A DNA stretch of 53,326 nucleotides from Candidatus Moraniibacteriota bacterium (GCA_013334765.1 JAAXWW010000006.1:1-53326); one strand, 5' to 3'; shown: positions 37,700 to 46,521, counted from the first letter of the stretch. A program made the numbers and translations. Notes: a model not told the origin generated them from the sequence alone.

Positions 37700-37735
37700 A
37701 AAAAGGCCGTCGGGAAGTTATCCTGGCGGCCTTTT
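37700..37735. terminator. Bidirectional intrinsic terminator
   Basis: AAAAGGCCGTCGGGA...TCCTGGCGGCCTTTT between convergent genes. Confidence 0.7.
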
Positions 37736-37795
37736 GGTTTGCTTGAGAAGGTTATTGCTAGCTCATCCTGCTTACAAACCGTCTTTTAGCGCAAA

Positions 37796-38239
37796 TTACA
37801 ATTGAATGAAAGGGTCCTGCTCGAGTGCGTACAAAATAGCTCGGATACGAGCCCTTTTACTTCTAGTATCCTTTAATCTTTGCCTTAAGGCGCCTTCTTT
37901 GTCGGAGAGACTGTATAACTCCATTTTTGATGATGTGATCATGCCTCTGTTGTGAATGAGTCTTTTTTCAAATTCGGAAAGCCTGGACAGAAATTCTGCG
38001 ATGTTCGAATTGGCAGTGAGTTTCGCCTTTTCGAGAAATTCGCCGACTGGCATTGACTTCAGGATATCGGGTTGCTTGTCAGTAGGAAGCTGCGCTTGAT
38101 TTTCCAGGAGTATGCCGTTGCATAATTCGATGCATTCAGGACATATGTAAACATCCCCCTGTCCTATGAGCCTGCTAACCTCATCCTGATTCTTTCTGCA
38201 GAAAGAGCAACACAGCGATCCTTCATTATTTCCGTTCAT
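37796..38239 (-). CDS. Stand-alone ClpX-type C4 zinc-finger protein with C-terminal coiled coil
   Basis: CSFCRK.Q.EV.RLI....VYIC.ECIELCN.IL; no AAA+ domain; RBS GGAGAGG before ATG 38239. Confidence 0.8.
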   Translation of the reverse strand: MNGNNEGSLCCSFCRKNQDEVSRLIGQGDVYICPECIELCNGILLENQAQLPTDKQPDILKSMPVGEFLEKAKLTANSNIAEFLSRLSEFEKRLIHNRGMITSSKMELYSLSDKEGALRQRLKDTRSKRARIRAILYALEQDPFIQL

Positions 38240-38285
38240 GGCAACCTCTCCCCTGGGTTTTGTTGTTGATTTTAATGTGTATAGA

Positions 38286-38600
38286 TTACGGCTTGATGTC
38301 CTCGACATCGACCATCATGGACAGCAGCCAGCCCATGACTCTCCATTTGTCTTCGGCTTTGAAATTGTAGTCTTCGGCGAGAGTCGTGAGATATTCCAAT
38401 TTCTGATCCGCTTCCTTCTGGCTGGCGGCACGTATTGGGAGATCGAATGACACCTCACCGCATTGAATTTTACGCGCCAGTTCGATAAAACGCGGATCAA
38501 CATCCTTGGGACATTTTTCCAGCAGCTCTTCCCTGTTGGGAACTGTGGAAAATGCTTTCGCTGCTGGGCTGAGTTCGAAAAAAGGAAATTCAAGCGTCAT
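38286..38600 (-). CDS. Hypothetical protein
   Basis: GGAGG upstream of ATG 38600; 104 aa, co-oriented with the Zn-finger gene. Confidence 0.6.
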   Translation of the reverse strand: MTLEFPFFELSPAAKAFSTVPNREELLEKCPKDVDPRFIELARKIQCGEVSFDLPIRAASQKEADQKLEYLTTLAEDYNFKAEDKWRVMGWLLSMMVDVEDIKP

Positions 38601-38772
38601 ACCCGTATCCTCCATGGTTGTATCTTGATTGATAATGTGCTGTTGCCAGAATTCCATCCGACTGCGTATCATACACTAAGCATATATTATTGTCATATGA
38701 AATATGGTGATAGATATCAAGAATAAAAATACATAAAAATCCTTTAAAAATAGGAAAATAGGCATGTTGTGA

Positions 38773-38801
38773 TTGACTAATCATAATTATTATGATAATA
38801 T
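38773..38801 (+). promoter_or_regulatory. Promoter with 8-1-8 palindrome
   Basis: TTGACT-17-TAATAT; ATCATAAT-T-ATTATGAT at 38780-38796; ATG follows almost immediately (possibly leaderless). Confidence 0.55.
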
Positions 38802-38807
38802 TGCAAT

Positions 38808-39548
38808 ATGCAGAAGGAACTCCAGCTCATTGGAATGCACAAGAACGAGGCTAAGGTCTATGAAGCTTTGGTTAAGTTCGGGCCGTGCCGTGCGGGCGTT
38901 TTGATAAACAAATTGGATATTCATCGAAATCTGGTCTATCAATCCCTGGACAAGCTTATTTTGGGCGGATATGCCACAAAGGTTATCAAGAAAGGCGTGT
39001 GGACTTTCCAGATAACCGATCCCAACAGCCTACTGTCGAGCGTCAGGCAAAGGGAAACGGTGGTCGAGGGAATAATAAAAGAAATCCAGACCAATCAGCA
39101 CAAATCCTTCCAGCAGATCGTGGTCTATGAAGGGGTGGAAAGCTACCGGAATTATTGGCTTAGCTCCCTTGAGCGTTTTCCGGAAGGGACGGTCGATTAT
39201 ACTGTCGGCAGTCCTGCTATCAGTGACTGGATCGATATTATGGGTCCGGCGTATGAAAAATATAATAAATTAAGACTGAAGAAGAAAATAAAATGGAAAA
39301 CCATACTTTTCCAGGTTGCTGAAAGCGAAATGGAATCCCTGAAAAGGTTTCCGGATCTGATAGAATACAGGTTGTGGCCAAGAGAAGGAGAGTTGCTGGG
39401 CAATTTCAATGTAATTCACGATACGATAATACTTCACGTATTTACTTCTCCTGTGCGCATAATCGAAATCAGGGATCCGACCTTGGTGCTTGTATTTAAG
39501 AACTACTTTGATATGATGTGGGAAAAGGCCGAGCCTGTTAATCTTTAG
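38808..39548 (+). CDS. TrmB-family transcriptional regulator
   Basis: L..IG..KNEAKVY..L...G, IHRNLVY.SL..L, YEG, IHDTI, F...F..MW. Confidence 0.85.
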   Translation: MQKELQLIGMHKNEAKVYEALVKFGPCRAGVLINKLDIHRNLVYQSLDKLILGGYATKVIKKGVWTFQITDPNSLLSSVRQRETVVEGIIKEIQTNQHKSFQQIVVYEGVESYRNYWLSSLERFPEGTVDYTVGSPAISDWIDIMGPAYEKYNKLRLKKKIKWKTILFQVAESEMESLKRFPDLIEYRLWPREGELLGNFNVIHDTIILHVFTSPVRIIEIRDPTLVLVFKNYFDMMWEKAEPVNL

Positions 39549-39557
39549 CCATAATCT

Positions 39558-40406
39558 ATGCCGGAACTGCCAGAAGTCCAAACGGTCGTAAGCGACCTGA
39601 ATAGGAAGATAAAGGGTGATGTTATCACTGATTTTTGGAGCGAGTGGCCGAAAGCGATAAATGGGAAATCCCTTGATGCGTTCAAGAAGGAAATCAAAGG
39701 GAGGAAAGTGCTGGAGGCCAGGAGGATCGGGAAGAACATATTCATCGATCTGTCCGGAGGCAAGACCCTGTATATCCATCTCAAGATGACAGGCCATCTG
39801 CTGATAAAACAGAAAGCGGAATCGAACGGGTATTTTTCAGACAGGGTCAATCAATATATCCGGCACATATTCCATATCGGAAAAGACAAGACGATGGAAT
39901 TTTCGGATATGCGGAAATTCGGGAAGATCGTTTTGGATGATACGGAAAAGATAAGCGAATTGAAGGAAGTGAAGAAGCTGGGCATCGACGCGATGAGCGC
40001 GGAATTCACTTTCAGGAAATTCAACGAGATATTGGACAGGAAGCAGAAGGCCGTCATCGGCATCCTTCTCATGGATCAGGAAACGATTTCGGGAATCGGA
40101 AACATCTATCGGAGCGAAGTCTTGTATGACGCAGATATATCGCCCAAAAGGAAGGCTGCCGATCTGTCTTTGGATGATAGGAAAAGATTATATGATTCGA
40201 TAAGGAGGATATTGAAACTGGCCATAAAGCTGCGCGGAACATCGGACAGCGATTATCGCGACACGTCCGGAGCGCCAGGCGGATTCCAGAAGGTCATGAA
40301 AGTGTATAAGCAGCAAGGGAAAAAATGCGGGAAATGCGGCGGAACGATTGAGCGGGAAAAGATGGGGCAACGAAGTGTTTTTTTCTGCCCTGGCTGTCAG
40401 GCATAG
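39558..40406 (+). CDS. mutM: Formamidopyrimidine-DNA glycosylase
   Basis: MPELPEV, HLKMTG, D.RKFG, GIGNIY.SE, C-terminal C4 zinc finger. Confidence 0.98.
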   Translation: MPELPEVQTVVSDLNRKIKGDVITDFWSEWPKAINGKSLDAFKKEIKGRKVLEARRIGKNIFIDLSGGKTLYIHLKMTGHLLIKQKAESNGYFSDRVNQYIRHIFHIGKDKTMEFSDMRKFGKIVLDDTEKISELKEVKKLGIDAMSAEFTFRKFNEILDRKQKAVIGILLMDQETISGIGNIYRSEVLYDADISPKRKAADLSLDDRKRLYDSIRRILKLAIKLRGTSDSDYRDTSGAPGGFQKVMKVYKQQGKKCGKCGGTIEREKMGQRSVFFCPGCQA

Positions 40407-40595
40407 GCATGACGGGTAATAAGGAATGACAGTATGAGGATATGTTAGCAGAAAAAGGGGCTTCGGGGTTTGAATTCGGGCACGATAAGATATGTTTGAC
40501 AAAAACCTATTTTGGCGCATACTGACGTGTTACGTTCTGAGCGAGCGTAATCAGAGAGTTTCTGCTCTTTGAAAATCTATTAAGGGAGATTGAAC

Positions 40596-41270
40596 ATGAA
40601 AGACATGCTCGGTCGTGCAGTAAGGTTGCTTGTGGATGTCCCCGCAAGGATGCTGGGGTCTATCTGCGATCTCCTGGAAAAGGTTTCAGGAAAAGAAGGC
40701 GGCGAGGAATGGCTGGCGGAACTGAAGAAGTTCCTGCTGCGAAAACCTTGCTGGACTGGCGAAGTTGTCAAAACCATCCTCGAGTTCGTAGGCAACGTCA
40801 CGGTTACCCTGACGGCAGGCGAGTTCATTGCCAAGGACAATTTCGTCCTCAATACTGGCAAAAACGCCCGAGTGAAAATTTCTTACTTGGGGGATAACTT
40901 AAAGAAGTATTTCCTCGATAAGATTGAGAATTTCATCGGCGATGGCGATGTTTCTCTCGTCTACAACAAGCTCAAAGAAAGTTCTCGGGATATTCCGATC
41001 ATCTCCGAGCTTGGCGGCGAAGATCAGGCGGAGACCATGCTTGGCGTGATCTTTTCCCTGATGAGCAAGCAGCCCAATGGAGAAGATGGAGTTCTGCTCA
41101 GCAACGGCTACGCGAACATTTTCTACGTTCGCGACGATGTCCAGGTGCTCTGGGCTGTGGGCGTCGGCTGGGGTGGCGACGGTTGGCGCGTCAATGCCTA
41201 CTCCGTCGCTGGTACGAACGGGTGGGACGGTGCCTACCGGGTGTTCTCTCGCAATTCCTCAAACGCTTAA
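40596..41270 (+). CDS. Hypothetical protein with DGR-target-like (CLec-like) C-terminus
   Basis: Own promoter (TTGACA 40496, CATACT 40518) and RBS; ends WAVGVGWGGDGWRVNAYSV....W....RVFSRN. Confidence 0.7.
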   Translation: MKDMLGRAVRLLVDVPARMLGSICDLLEKVSGKEGGEEWLAELKKFLLRKPCWTGEVVKTILEFVGNVTVTLTAGEFIAKDNFVLNTGKNARVKISYLGDNLKKYFLDKIENFIGDGDVSLVYNKLKESSRDIPIISELGGEDQAETMLGVIFSLMSKQPNGEDGVLLSNGYANIFYVRDDVQVLWAVGVGWGGDGWRVNAYSVAGTNGWDGAYRVFSRNSSNA

Positions 41271-41299
41271 GCTCAGACCCTTTGATCCTTAGTACCTTT

Positions 41300-41349
41300 G
41301 ACCCTTTCGAATTCATGGACATCATTCATGATGACGGGAGGGTCTTTTT
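41300..41349 (+). terminator. Hairpin/terminator downstream of the DGR-like target
   Basis: GACCCTTTCG...CGGGAGGGTC followed by TTTTT. Confidence 0.6.
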
Positions 41350-41688
41350 ATTTACTTTAAATTTTGATATAGTGTTTTTGTATTCATGTGATACGCAACG
41401 GTTACGGCTTTTGCGTCATGGGTGCAGAAAATTTTTTGCGAGATTCGTGTCGGGTAAGCCTTGCACGAGAGTGCTGGAGATATTTCTTCAAAAAATACAG
41501 GAATTGGTGCAAGAAGCTGGCGGACTTTTGATGTCCCGAATAAGATTCAATCTGGAGAGTATTCGAAGGATGGTGGTGCAGATGGTATTCTGAGGAAAAA
41601 TACTGCATTTCAGTCAAAATAAAAGACGGCTGTTTGGAAATGCTGTTTTTGGTGTATAATGAATAGGTAATTTTTTTTAAACTTTTCA

Positions 41689-42813
41689 ATGGACAAGAAA
41701 AAGAAAATAATCATTGCTGTCGTTGCGATTGTCGTGATTGCGGTCGGGGGAATCCTTTTTTTCAGATCCCGCGGCAACAGCGGATCACGCCAGAAGATCG
41801 ACCTTAACAAGAAACAGGCAGAGACCGGTCCCAAGAACACCGGTCCGGTCAGCCCGATTTCCGGCATCTCATGCGACGACTGGAATCGCCGGCCGTTCGC
41901 CATTATGGAACCGTCGGACACCTCCGCCCGTCCCATTTCAGGAATCTCGGACGCGGATATGGTCATCGAGATGCCCGCCATTTATGGAAGCATCACCCGC
42001 TTGATGGGCGTCTATGTCTGCGGCAATCCGGAGAAGGTCGGTTCGATGAGGAGCTCCAGGCATGACTACATCCCCCTGGCGGCAGGACTCAATGCCATAT
42101 ATGTCCACTGGGGCGGTTCGCATTTCGCGCTCGACAAATTGAACGAGGGAATCATCGACAACATGAACTGCAACGGCGATGGAGGGAAATCGGCTGCGAA
42201 ATACTGCTATCGTGAGAGCATGGATTATCTGAATCAGGGGAAAGCTTTTCCGGATGTTCCGACCAAGAGCGATGACACTGGATATATGAAATTCGCCGAT
42301 CTGCTGCAGGGTGCCAAGGATTTCGGATATGACCTCACTGACAAATTCGTCGGCTATCCCCATCAGGATGAAGCGTCGGCCGATCAGCGCCCGGCAGGCG
42401 GGAAGCTGCGCGTCGGATATCCTGGTCCGTGGGTGGAAGAGTTCAGCTATAGCAAGGACAACAATTCGTATACCAGGGTCTGGGGCGGAGTTCTCGACAC
42501 GGATCGCAACAACGGCAAGAACATCACTCCGAAAAACATCGTGGTCATGATCGCGGATGGAGCTCAGATGGAAAGCCAATATGCCAACTTCCAAGTCGGG
42601 GATCCATGGTATGACGACAGCGATTCCGGCACCGCCTATTTCTATATGAACGGCCAGCAGATGCAGGGGACATGGAAGAAAGACAAGAGCAGACTGGACA
42701 GCAAGCTGATATTCTTCGATTCCGAAGAGAATGAAGTCAAATTCGTGCCAGGGCAGATCTGGGTCAATATCATCGATCCGGGCATCGGGTTCAAATGGAC
42801 GGCTGCTCAATAA
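41689..42813 (+). CDS. DUF3048 (YerB-like) membrane-anchored protein
   Basis: RP.AIM, ARP.SG...AD...E, ITRLM, GS.RS.R, HWGGS, GTWKK, PGQIWV. Confidence 0.85.
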   Translation: MDKKKKIIIAVVAIVVIAVGGILFFRSRGNSGSRQKIDLNKKQAETGPKNTGPVSPISGISCDDWNRRPFAIMEPSDTSARPISGISDADMVIEMPAIYGSITRLMGVYVCGNPEKVGSMRSSRHDYIPLAAGLNAIYVHWGGSHFALDKLNEGIIDNMNCNGDGGKSAAKYCYRESMDYLNQGKAFPDVPTKSDDTGYMKFADLLQGAKDFGYDLTDKFVGYPHQDEASADQRPAGGKLRVGYPGPWVEEFSYSKDNNSYTRVWGGVLDTDRNNGKNITPKNIVVMIADGAQMESQYANFQVGDPWYDDSDSGTAYFYMNGQQMQGTWKKDKSRLDSKLIFFDSEENEVKFVPGQIWVNIIDPGIGFKWTAAQ

Positions 42814-42888
42814 CAGCGACAGATAGAAAAACAAAAATAGCGAGAAATCTCCCTTTTCCAGGGAGATTTTTTGTGGTAAGATGGGCTC

Positions 42889-43860
42889 ATGATATTCTTC
42901 CTCTATGGCGAAGATTCCTTCAGGTCATACGAAAGGGTCTTGGAAATAAAAGACAGGTTCCAGCTGAGCGACAAGTCGAATTCCGGCTTGTCTTCTTTCG
43001 ATGCGGAAGAAAAAAAGAATGTCTTCGACGAGTTCAGGAAGACATACGAGATGCCGAGCCTCTTTTCGCCGAAACGGCTTCTGGTGGTCAAGAAGGCTAT
43101 TTCGGCGGCGAGTTCCGAAGAGCAGAAGAAGCTGTCGGATTTTCTCAAGGAGAACGCGGAGAGGATATTGAAAGACGAGGATTGGATCGTTGTTTTCTGG
43201 GAGGGAGATATGCCCAAGAAGAATAACGCGCTCTTCAAATTCCTGGAGCAGAATGCCAAGAAGCAGAATTTCGAGGGGCTGTCAGGATTGAAGCTGGAGC
43301 AGTGGGCGATGAAGAAATTGAAAAGCCTGAATGCCGAAGCGGCTATTTCCAAAGACGCGCTCCGGAAGCTCTTGGCCTATGCGGGAAACGATACGGCGGT
43401 GCTTTCGAATGAGATCGAAAAGCTGTTCAGCTATTCATACCCCGGCATGATCAGCGAGGAGATCGTGGATATGCTGGTGAAAGCCCGGATCGATAATAAT
43501 ATTTTCAACACTATCGACGCGATCGCGTCTGGGAACAAGAAAAAGGCGTTTGCCCTCCTTCATAAGCACCTGGAAAAGGATGAGGATCCGTTCTATCTTT
43601 TTTCCATGTTCGTCTATCAGTTCCGCAATCTTCTTAGGGTGAATGACGCGCTTGAAGCTAGGGTCATGCAGGAAGCGCAGATCGCCAAGATGACGCGCCT
43701 GCACCCCTATGTGGTCAAAAAAAGCCTTATGCAAGCCAGGAATTTCGGAAGTTTCCGCCTGAAATCGCTCTATCAGAAGCTCTCGGTTTTCGATCTGAAA
43801 ATAAAGACCGGGTCATTGGATATCAAGCTCGCGCTGGATAAATTCATCGCGGAAATATAG
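42889..43860 (+). CDS. holA: DNA polymerase III subunit delta
   Basis: FLYGED, SLF..KRL, L.NEIEKL, NIF, LHPYV..K, D..IKTG. Confidence 0.92.
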   Translation: MIFFLYGEDSFRSYERVLEIKDRFQLSDKSNSGLSSFDAEEKKNVFDEFRKTYEMPSLFSPKRLLVVKKAISAASSEEQKKLSDFLKENAERILKDEDWIVVFWEGDMPKKNNALFKFLEQNAKKQNFEGLSGLKLEQWAMKKLKSLNAEAAISKDALRKLLAYAGNDTAVLSNEIEKLFSYSYPGMISEEIVDMLVKARIDNNIFNTIDAIASGNKKKAFALLHKHLEKDEDPFYLFSMFVYQFRNLLRVNDALEARVMQEAQIAKMTRLHPYVVKKSLMQARNFGSFRLKSLYQKLSVFDLKIKTGSLDIKLALDKFIAEI

Positions 43861-43861
43861 A

Positions 43862-44016
43862 TGTGGTTTGTACATTTGCATATGACAACTAATGTTCCGG
43901 CCTGTCAGTTGGCAGCGGCAGCATAGTTGGCTCCACTTGCGGTAAAGCTTCTTCGCATTTTAAAGATTGTCAATTTGCCTCCATCGATTATTTGTAATAT
44001 GCACTTGCAAATCATG
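43862..44016 (+). repeat. ~150 nt hairpin element, family A, copy 2
   Basis: Interior GTTCCGGCCTGTCAGTTG...GGCTCCACTTGCGGTAAAGC...ATTTGCCTCCAT; imperfect arms pairing through G-T. Confidence 0.88.
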
Positions 44017-44032
44017 CTCTGCGCAAAGGCTT

Positions 44033-44899
44033 TCAGTTTTTCGAATTCAGGATCTTGTTTTTGAAATCTTCGAGGCTGTTCCTGTTGTCGATCCGGATCC
44101 TTTTCAGGTCGAAAAGATTGCCTTTGAAATCCGCGATTCCCGGTTCCGTGGTGAACGCGCCAGAGTATCCGTTTTCTTTGAGGTATCCTTGGATCTTTTC
44201 ATTGTAGTCGCCCGATGGATAAACGAAGAAGGGAACCTTGATGTCATAGTGATATTCCAAAAAATCGCGGCTGTCCTTGATTTCAGCCCGCAACCTTTCG
44301 TCGGTCGATTCTTTGAGGTTCGGGTGCGTCATGGAGTGCGACATGAGTTCTATGCCGTAGTCGGAAATCTCTTTCAGCTGCGTTCCCATCATGAATCCGG
44401 AGTGGTCGATCTTGTCTATGATGATCGCCTCTGAAGCGCGGAAACCGTTGCTTTTGAGGATCGGGAAAGCGGCGTCATAAAAATCGCTGTATCCGTCATC
44501 GAAAGTGAGGATGACTGATTTTTCGGGGACGTCTCCTTTGATAGCCATGCTTGGGGTGATGGCGCTGTAGCCGTTGTTCTTGAGCCATTCCATTTCCTGC
44601 TTGAAAAGTTCCGGGTCGGTCGAAAGGTTGTATCCGAGGAAGTCTTCATCCTTGTCGACTGAACGGATGTAGTGATACATGAGTACGGGGATGTTCCCGC
44701 TTGGAACCAGATTGCCGCTAGGCGCTTCGGGCTCTTTTTCTTCCTGCTGGACAGGCGCATCCGGCTCAGAATATTTCAAGTCAGCCGGATCTTTTCCCGA
44801 CACAGAACTGCTTTCGATAGTTTCGACTTGGACGGTTTCTTTCGCTTGGCATCCTGAAAGGAATAAAACAGCGATAAGGATAAGCAACATCTTTTTCAT
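44033..44899 (-). CDS. Polysaccharide deacetylase (CE4) lipoprotein
   Basis: Lipobox LSGC; IPVLMYH, LTFDDGY, SHSMTH, YPSG, RIRI. Confidence 0.9.
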   Translation of the reverse strand: MKKMLLILIAVLFLSGCQAKETVQVETIESSSVSGKDPADLKYSEPDAPVQQEEKEPEAPSGNLVPSGNIPVLMYHYIRSVDKDEDFLGYNLSTDPELFKQEMEWLKNNGYSAITPSMAIKGDVPEKSVILTFDDGYSDFYDAAFPILKSNGFRASEAIIIDKIDHSGFMMGTQLKEISDYGIELMSHSMTHPNLKESTDERLRAEIKDSRDFLEYHYDIKVPFFVYPSGDYNEKIQGYLKENGYSGAFTTEPGIADFKGNLFDLKRIRIDNRNSLEDFKNKILNSKN

Positions 44900-44926
44900 G
44901 ATTCCATTATAGCTTTTATGTCCGGA

Positions 44927-44966
44927 TAAAAAAACGCCCGGTCTTTCCAAATGGGACGGGGCGTTT
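44927..44966 (-). terminator. Intrinsic terminator after rpsT
   Basis: AAACGCCC...GGGCGTTT stem with long T-run on the minus strand. Confidence 0.65.
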
Positions 44967-44976
44967 CGCGTGCGGA

Positions 44977-45252
44977 CTATTTCTTTGTCAATGCGGCGCT
45001 TTTCACGAGGGCGTTCAGTCTGGATTTCTTTCTCGCGGCAGTGTTCTTGTGAAGGACTTTCTTCTGCGATGCCTTATCGATAGCCTTCAGCGTTTTCTTG
45101 AGATGCTCCTGGGCCTTCTCGATGTTCCCGCTAGCGAGAGCTTCCTTGGTGGCTTTCATGGCGCTTCGGAAAGCTCCTTTGATTTTGCGGTTCTTTTCGG
45201 TCTTGTGCTCGGTGACCCGCATGTATTTCTTGGCTGCTTTTATGATCGGCAT
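44977..45252 (-). CDS. rpsT: 30S ribosomal protein S20
   Basis: MPIIKAAKK, IDKA..K.V.HKNTAARKKSRL. Confidence 0.95.
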   Translation of the reverse strand: MPIIKAAKKYMRVTEHKTEKNRKIKGAFRSAMKATKEALASGNIEKAQEHLKKTLKAIDKASQKKVLHKNTAARKKSRLNALVKSAALTKK

Positions 45253-45439
45253 AGTTCTATCGCTCACGCACAATGCGCATTAATGAGATGCTGGATTGCT
45301 ATTCGGAGCTGTTTTAAGGGTTTAAAGATTCTGACTAAGAGCTTTGTCCATTGGGATAGACTTTATTATTTCTATCACAGGTTCCGTTTTTTGGCAAGAA
45401 TAGGGGGAAATGGTAGAATGGCCTCATGATGATGGGTGC

Positions 45440-45592
45440 GGACTTGCGCGTTTATATATGCCAACTAATGTTCCGGTCTGTCAGTTGAGAGCATTAGTAC
45501 AGTTGGCTCCACTCGCGGTAAGGCCTGTTCATGCTCGATAGCTTATCGATTTGCCTCCATTGATTAGTCGGCATATATAAACGCGCAAGTCC
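45440..45592 (+). repeat. ~150 nt hairpin element, family A, copy 3
   Basis: 30 bp arms with one mismatch (GGACTTGCGCGTTTATATATGCCAACTAAT / ATTAGTCGGCATATATAAACGCGCAAGTCC); same interior as copies 1 and 2. Confidence 0.9.
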
Positions 45593-45613
45593 TAAAAATA
45601 TTGAACATTTGCA

Positions 45614-46186
45614 ATGATAGCTAAATTGAAAGGAAAAATCGAATACATGAAAGACGGGTTCGCGGTGGTGGATGTGAACGGCGTTGGGTATAAGGTGCAT
45701 CTGACAGCATATGCTTTCGGGCGCATCGCGGGAGCCGGTTCGGTCGATCTTTTCATCCATACGCACGTCAAGGAGGACGCGATCGACCTATACGGTTTCA
45801 TCACCATGGAAGAGTTGGAAATGTTCGAGCTGCTGATTTCCATTTCGGGAGTCGGTCCGAAATCAGGACTGGGAATCCTGACCGTCGCAACGCCTGTGAC
45901 CATAAAAACGGCTATCTTGAACGAAGATTCATCCATCCTCACTAAAGTGTCCGGGGTCGGGAAAAAGACGGCTGAAAGGGTCATTCTGGAGCTCAAGAAC
46001 AAAGTGGGCGCTATTTCGGCTGGCGATCAGGCGGAAGCGGTCATTGACAGCGACGCGATCGAGGCGCTGGTCACGATGGGATATAGTGTCAGCGACGCGC
46101 GCGACGCCCTGAAGCTGGTTCCGGCCGACATCAAAGAGGTCGGTCAGCGGATAACCTTAGCGCTTAGGAATTTGGGGAAAAAATAA
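45614..46186 (+). CDS. ruvA: Holliday junction branch migration protein RuvA
   Basis: MIA.L.G, V.GVGY, LYGF, SGVGPK, GVGKKTAER..LELK, AL..MGY. Confidence 0.97.
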   Translation: MIAKLKGKIEYMKDGFAVVDVNGVGYKVHLTAYAFGRIAGAGSVDLFIHTHVKEDAIDLYGFITMEELEMFELLISISGVGPKSGLGILTVATPVTIKTAILNEDSSILTKVSGVGKKTAERVILELKNKVGAISAGDQAEAVIDSDAIEALVTMGYSVSDARDALKLVPADIKEVGQRITLALRNLGKK

Positions 46187-46194
46187 AAAAACAA

Positions 46195-46265
46195 GCGGGA
46201 TTAGTACAGTGGCAGTACGCTAGCTTCCCAAGCTATAGACGCGAGTTCGATTCTCGTATCCCGCT
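46195..46265 (+). tRNA. tRNA-Gly(CCC)
   Basis: Acceptor GCGGGAT/ATCCCGC, D arm GTAC/GTAC, anticodon loop TTCCCAA, T loop TTCGATT; CCA not encoded. Confidence 0.95.
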
Positions 46266-46422
46266 CAGATGAAAAAAATGCTTAAAAATTCCTTATTGCT
46301 GGCTATGCTTTTTTCTAGGCTGCTTTAAGAATAAGCATCATTAAATTCACAACTTTACGATCCGATGGCAGTCATGCGTTTTTTATTAACAGAGGTTGTG
46401 GTTATTGCGGGGCTGACAGGTG

Positions 46423-46507
46423 TATAATAGGTATATAATCGGTATACAGTATACCTATTGACAATAGGTATATAATAGGTATATAATCGGTATACAGTAT
46501 ACCTATT
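46423..46507. repeat. 37 bp direct repeat with internal palindromes over the fic promoter
   Basis: TATAATAGGTATATAATCGGTATACAGTATACCTATT at 46423-46459 and 46471-46507; TTGACA (46458)-18-TATAAT (46482). Confidence 0.88.
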
Positions 46508-46521
46508 AATTAAAAAACGGA

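Noticed and set aside
41350-41688. Short ORFs between the DGR-like target and the DUF3048 gene, or a template repeat here
   Set aside because: No convincing start, RBS or motif, and no similarity to the variable-region-like segment.
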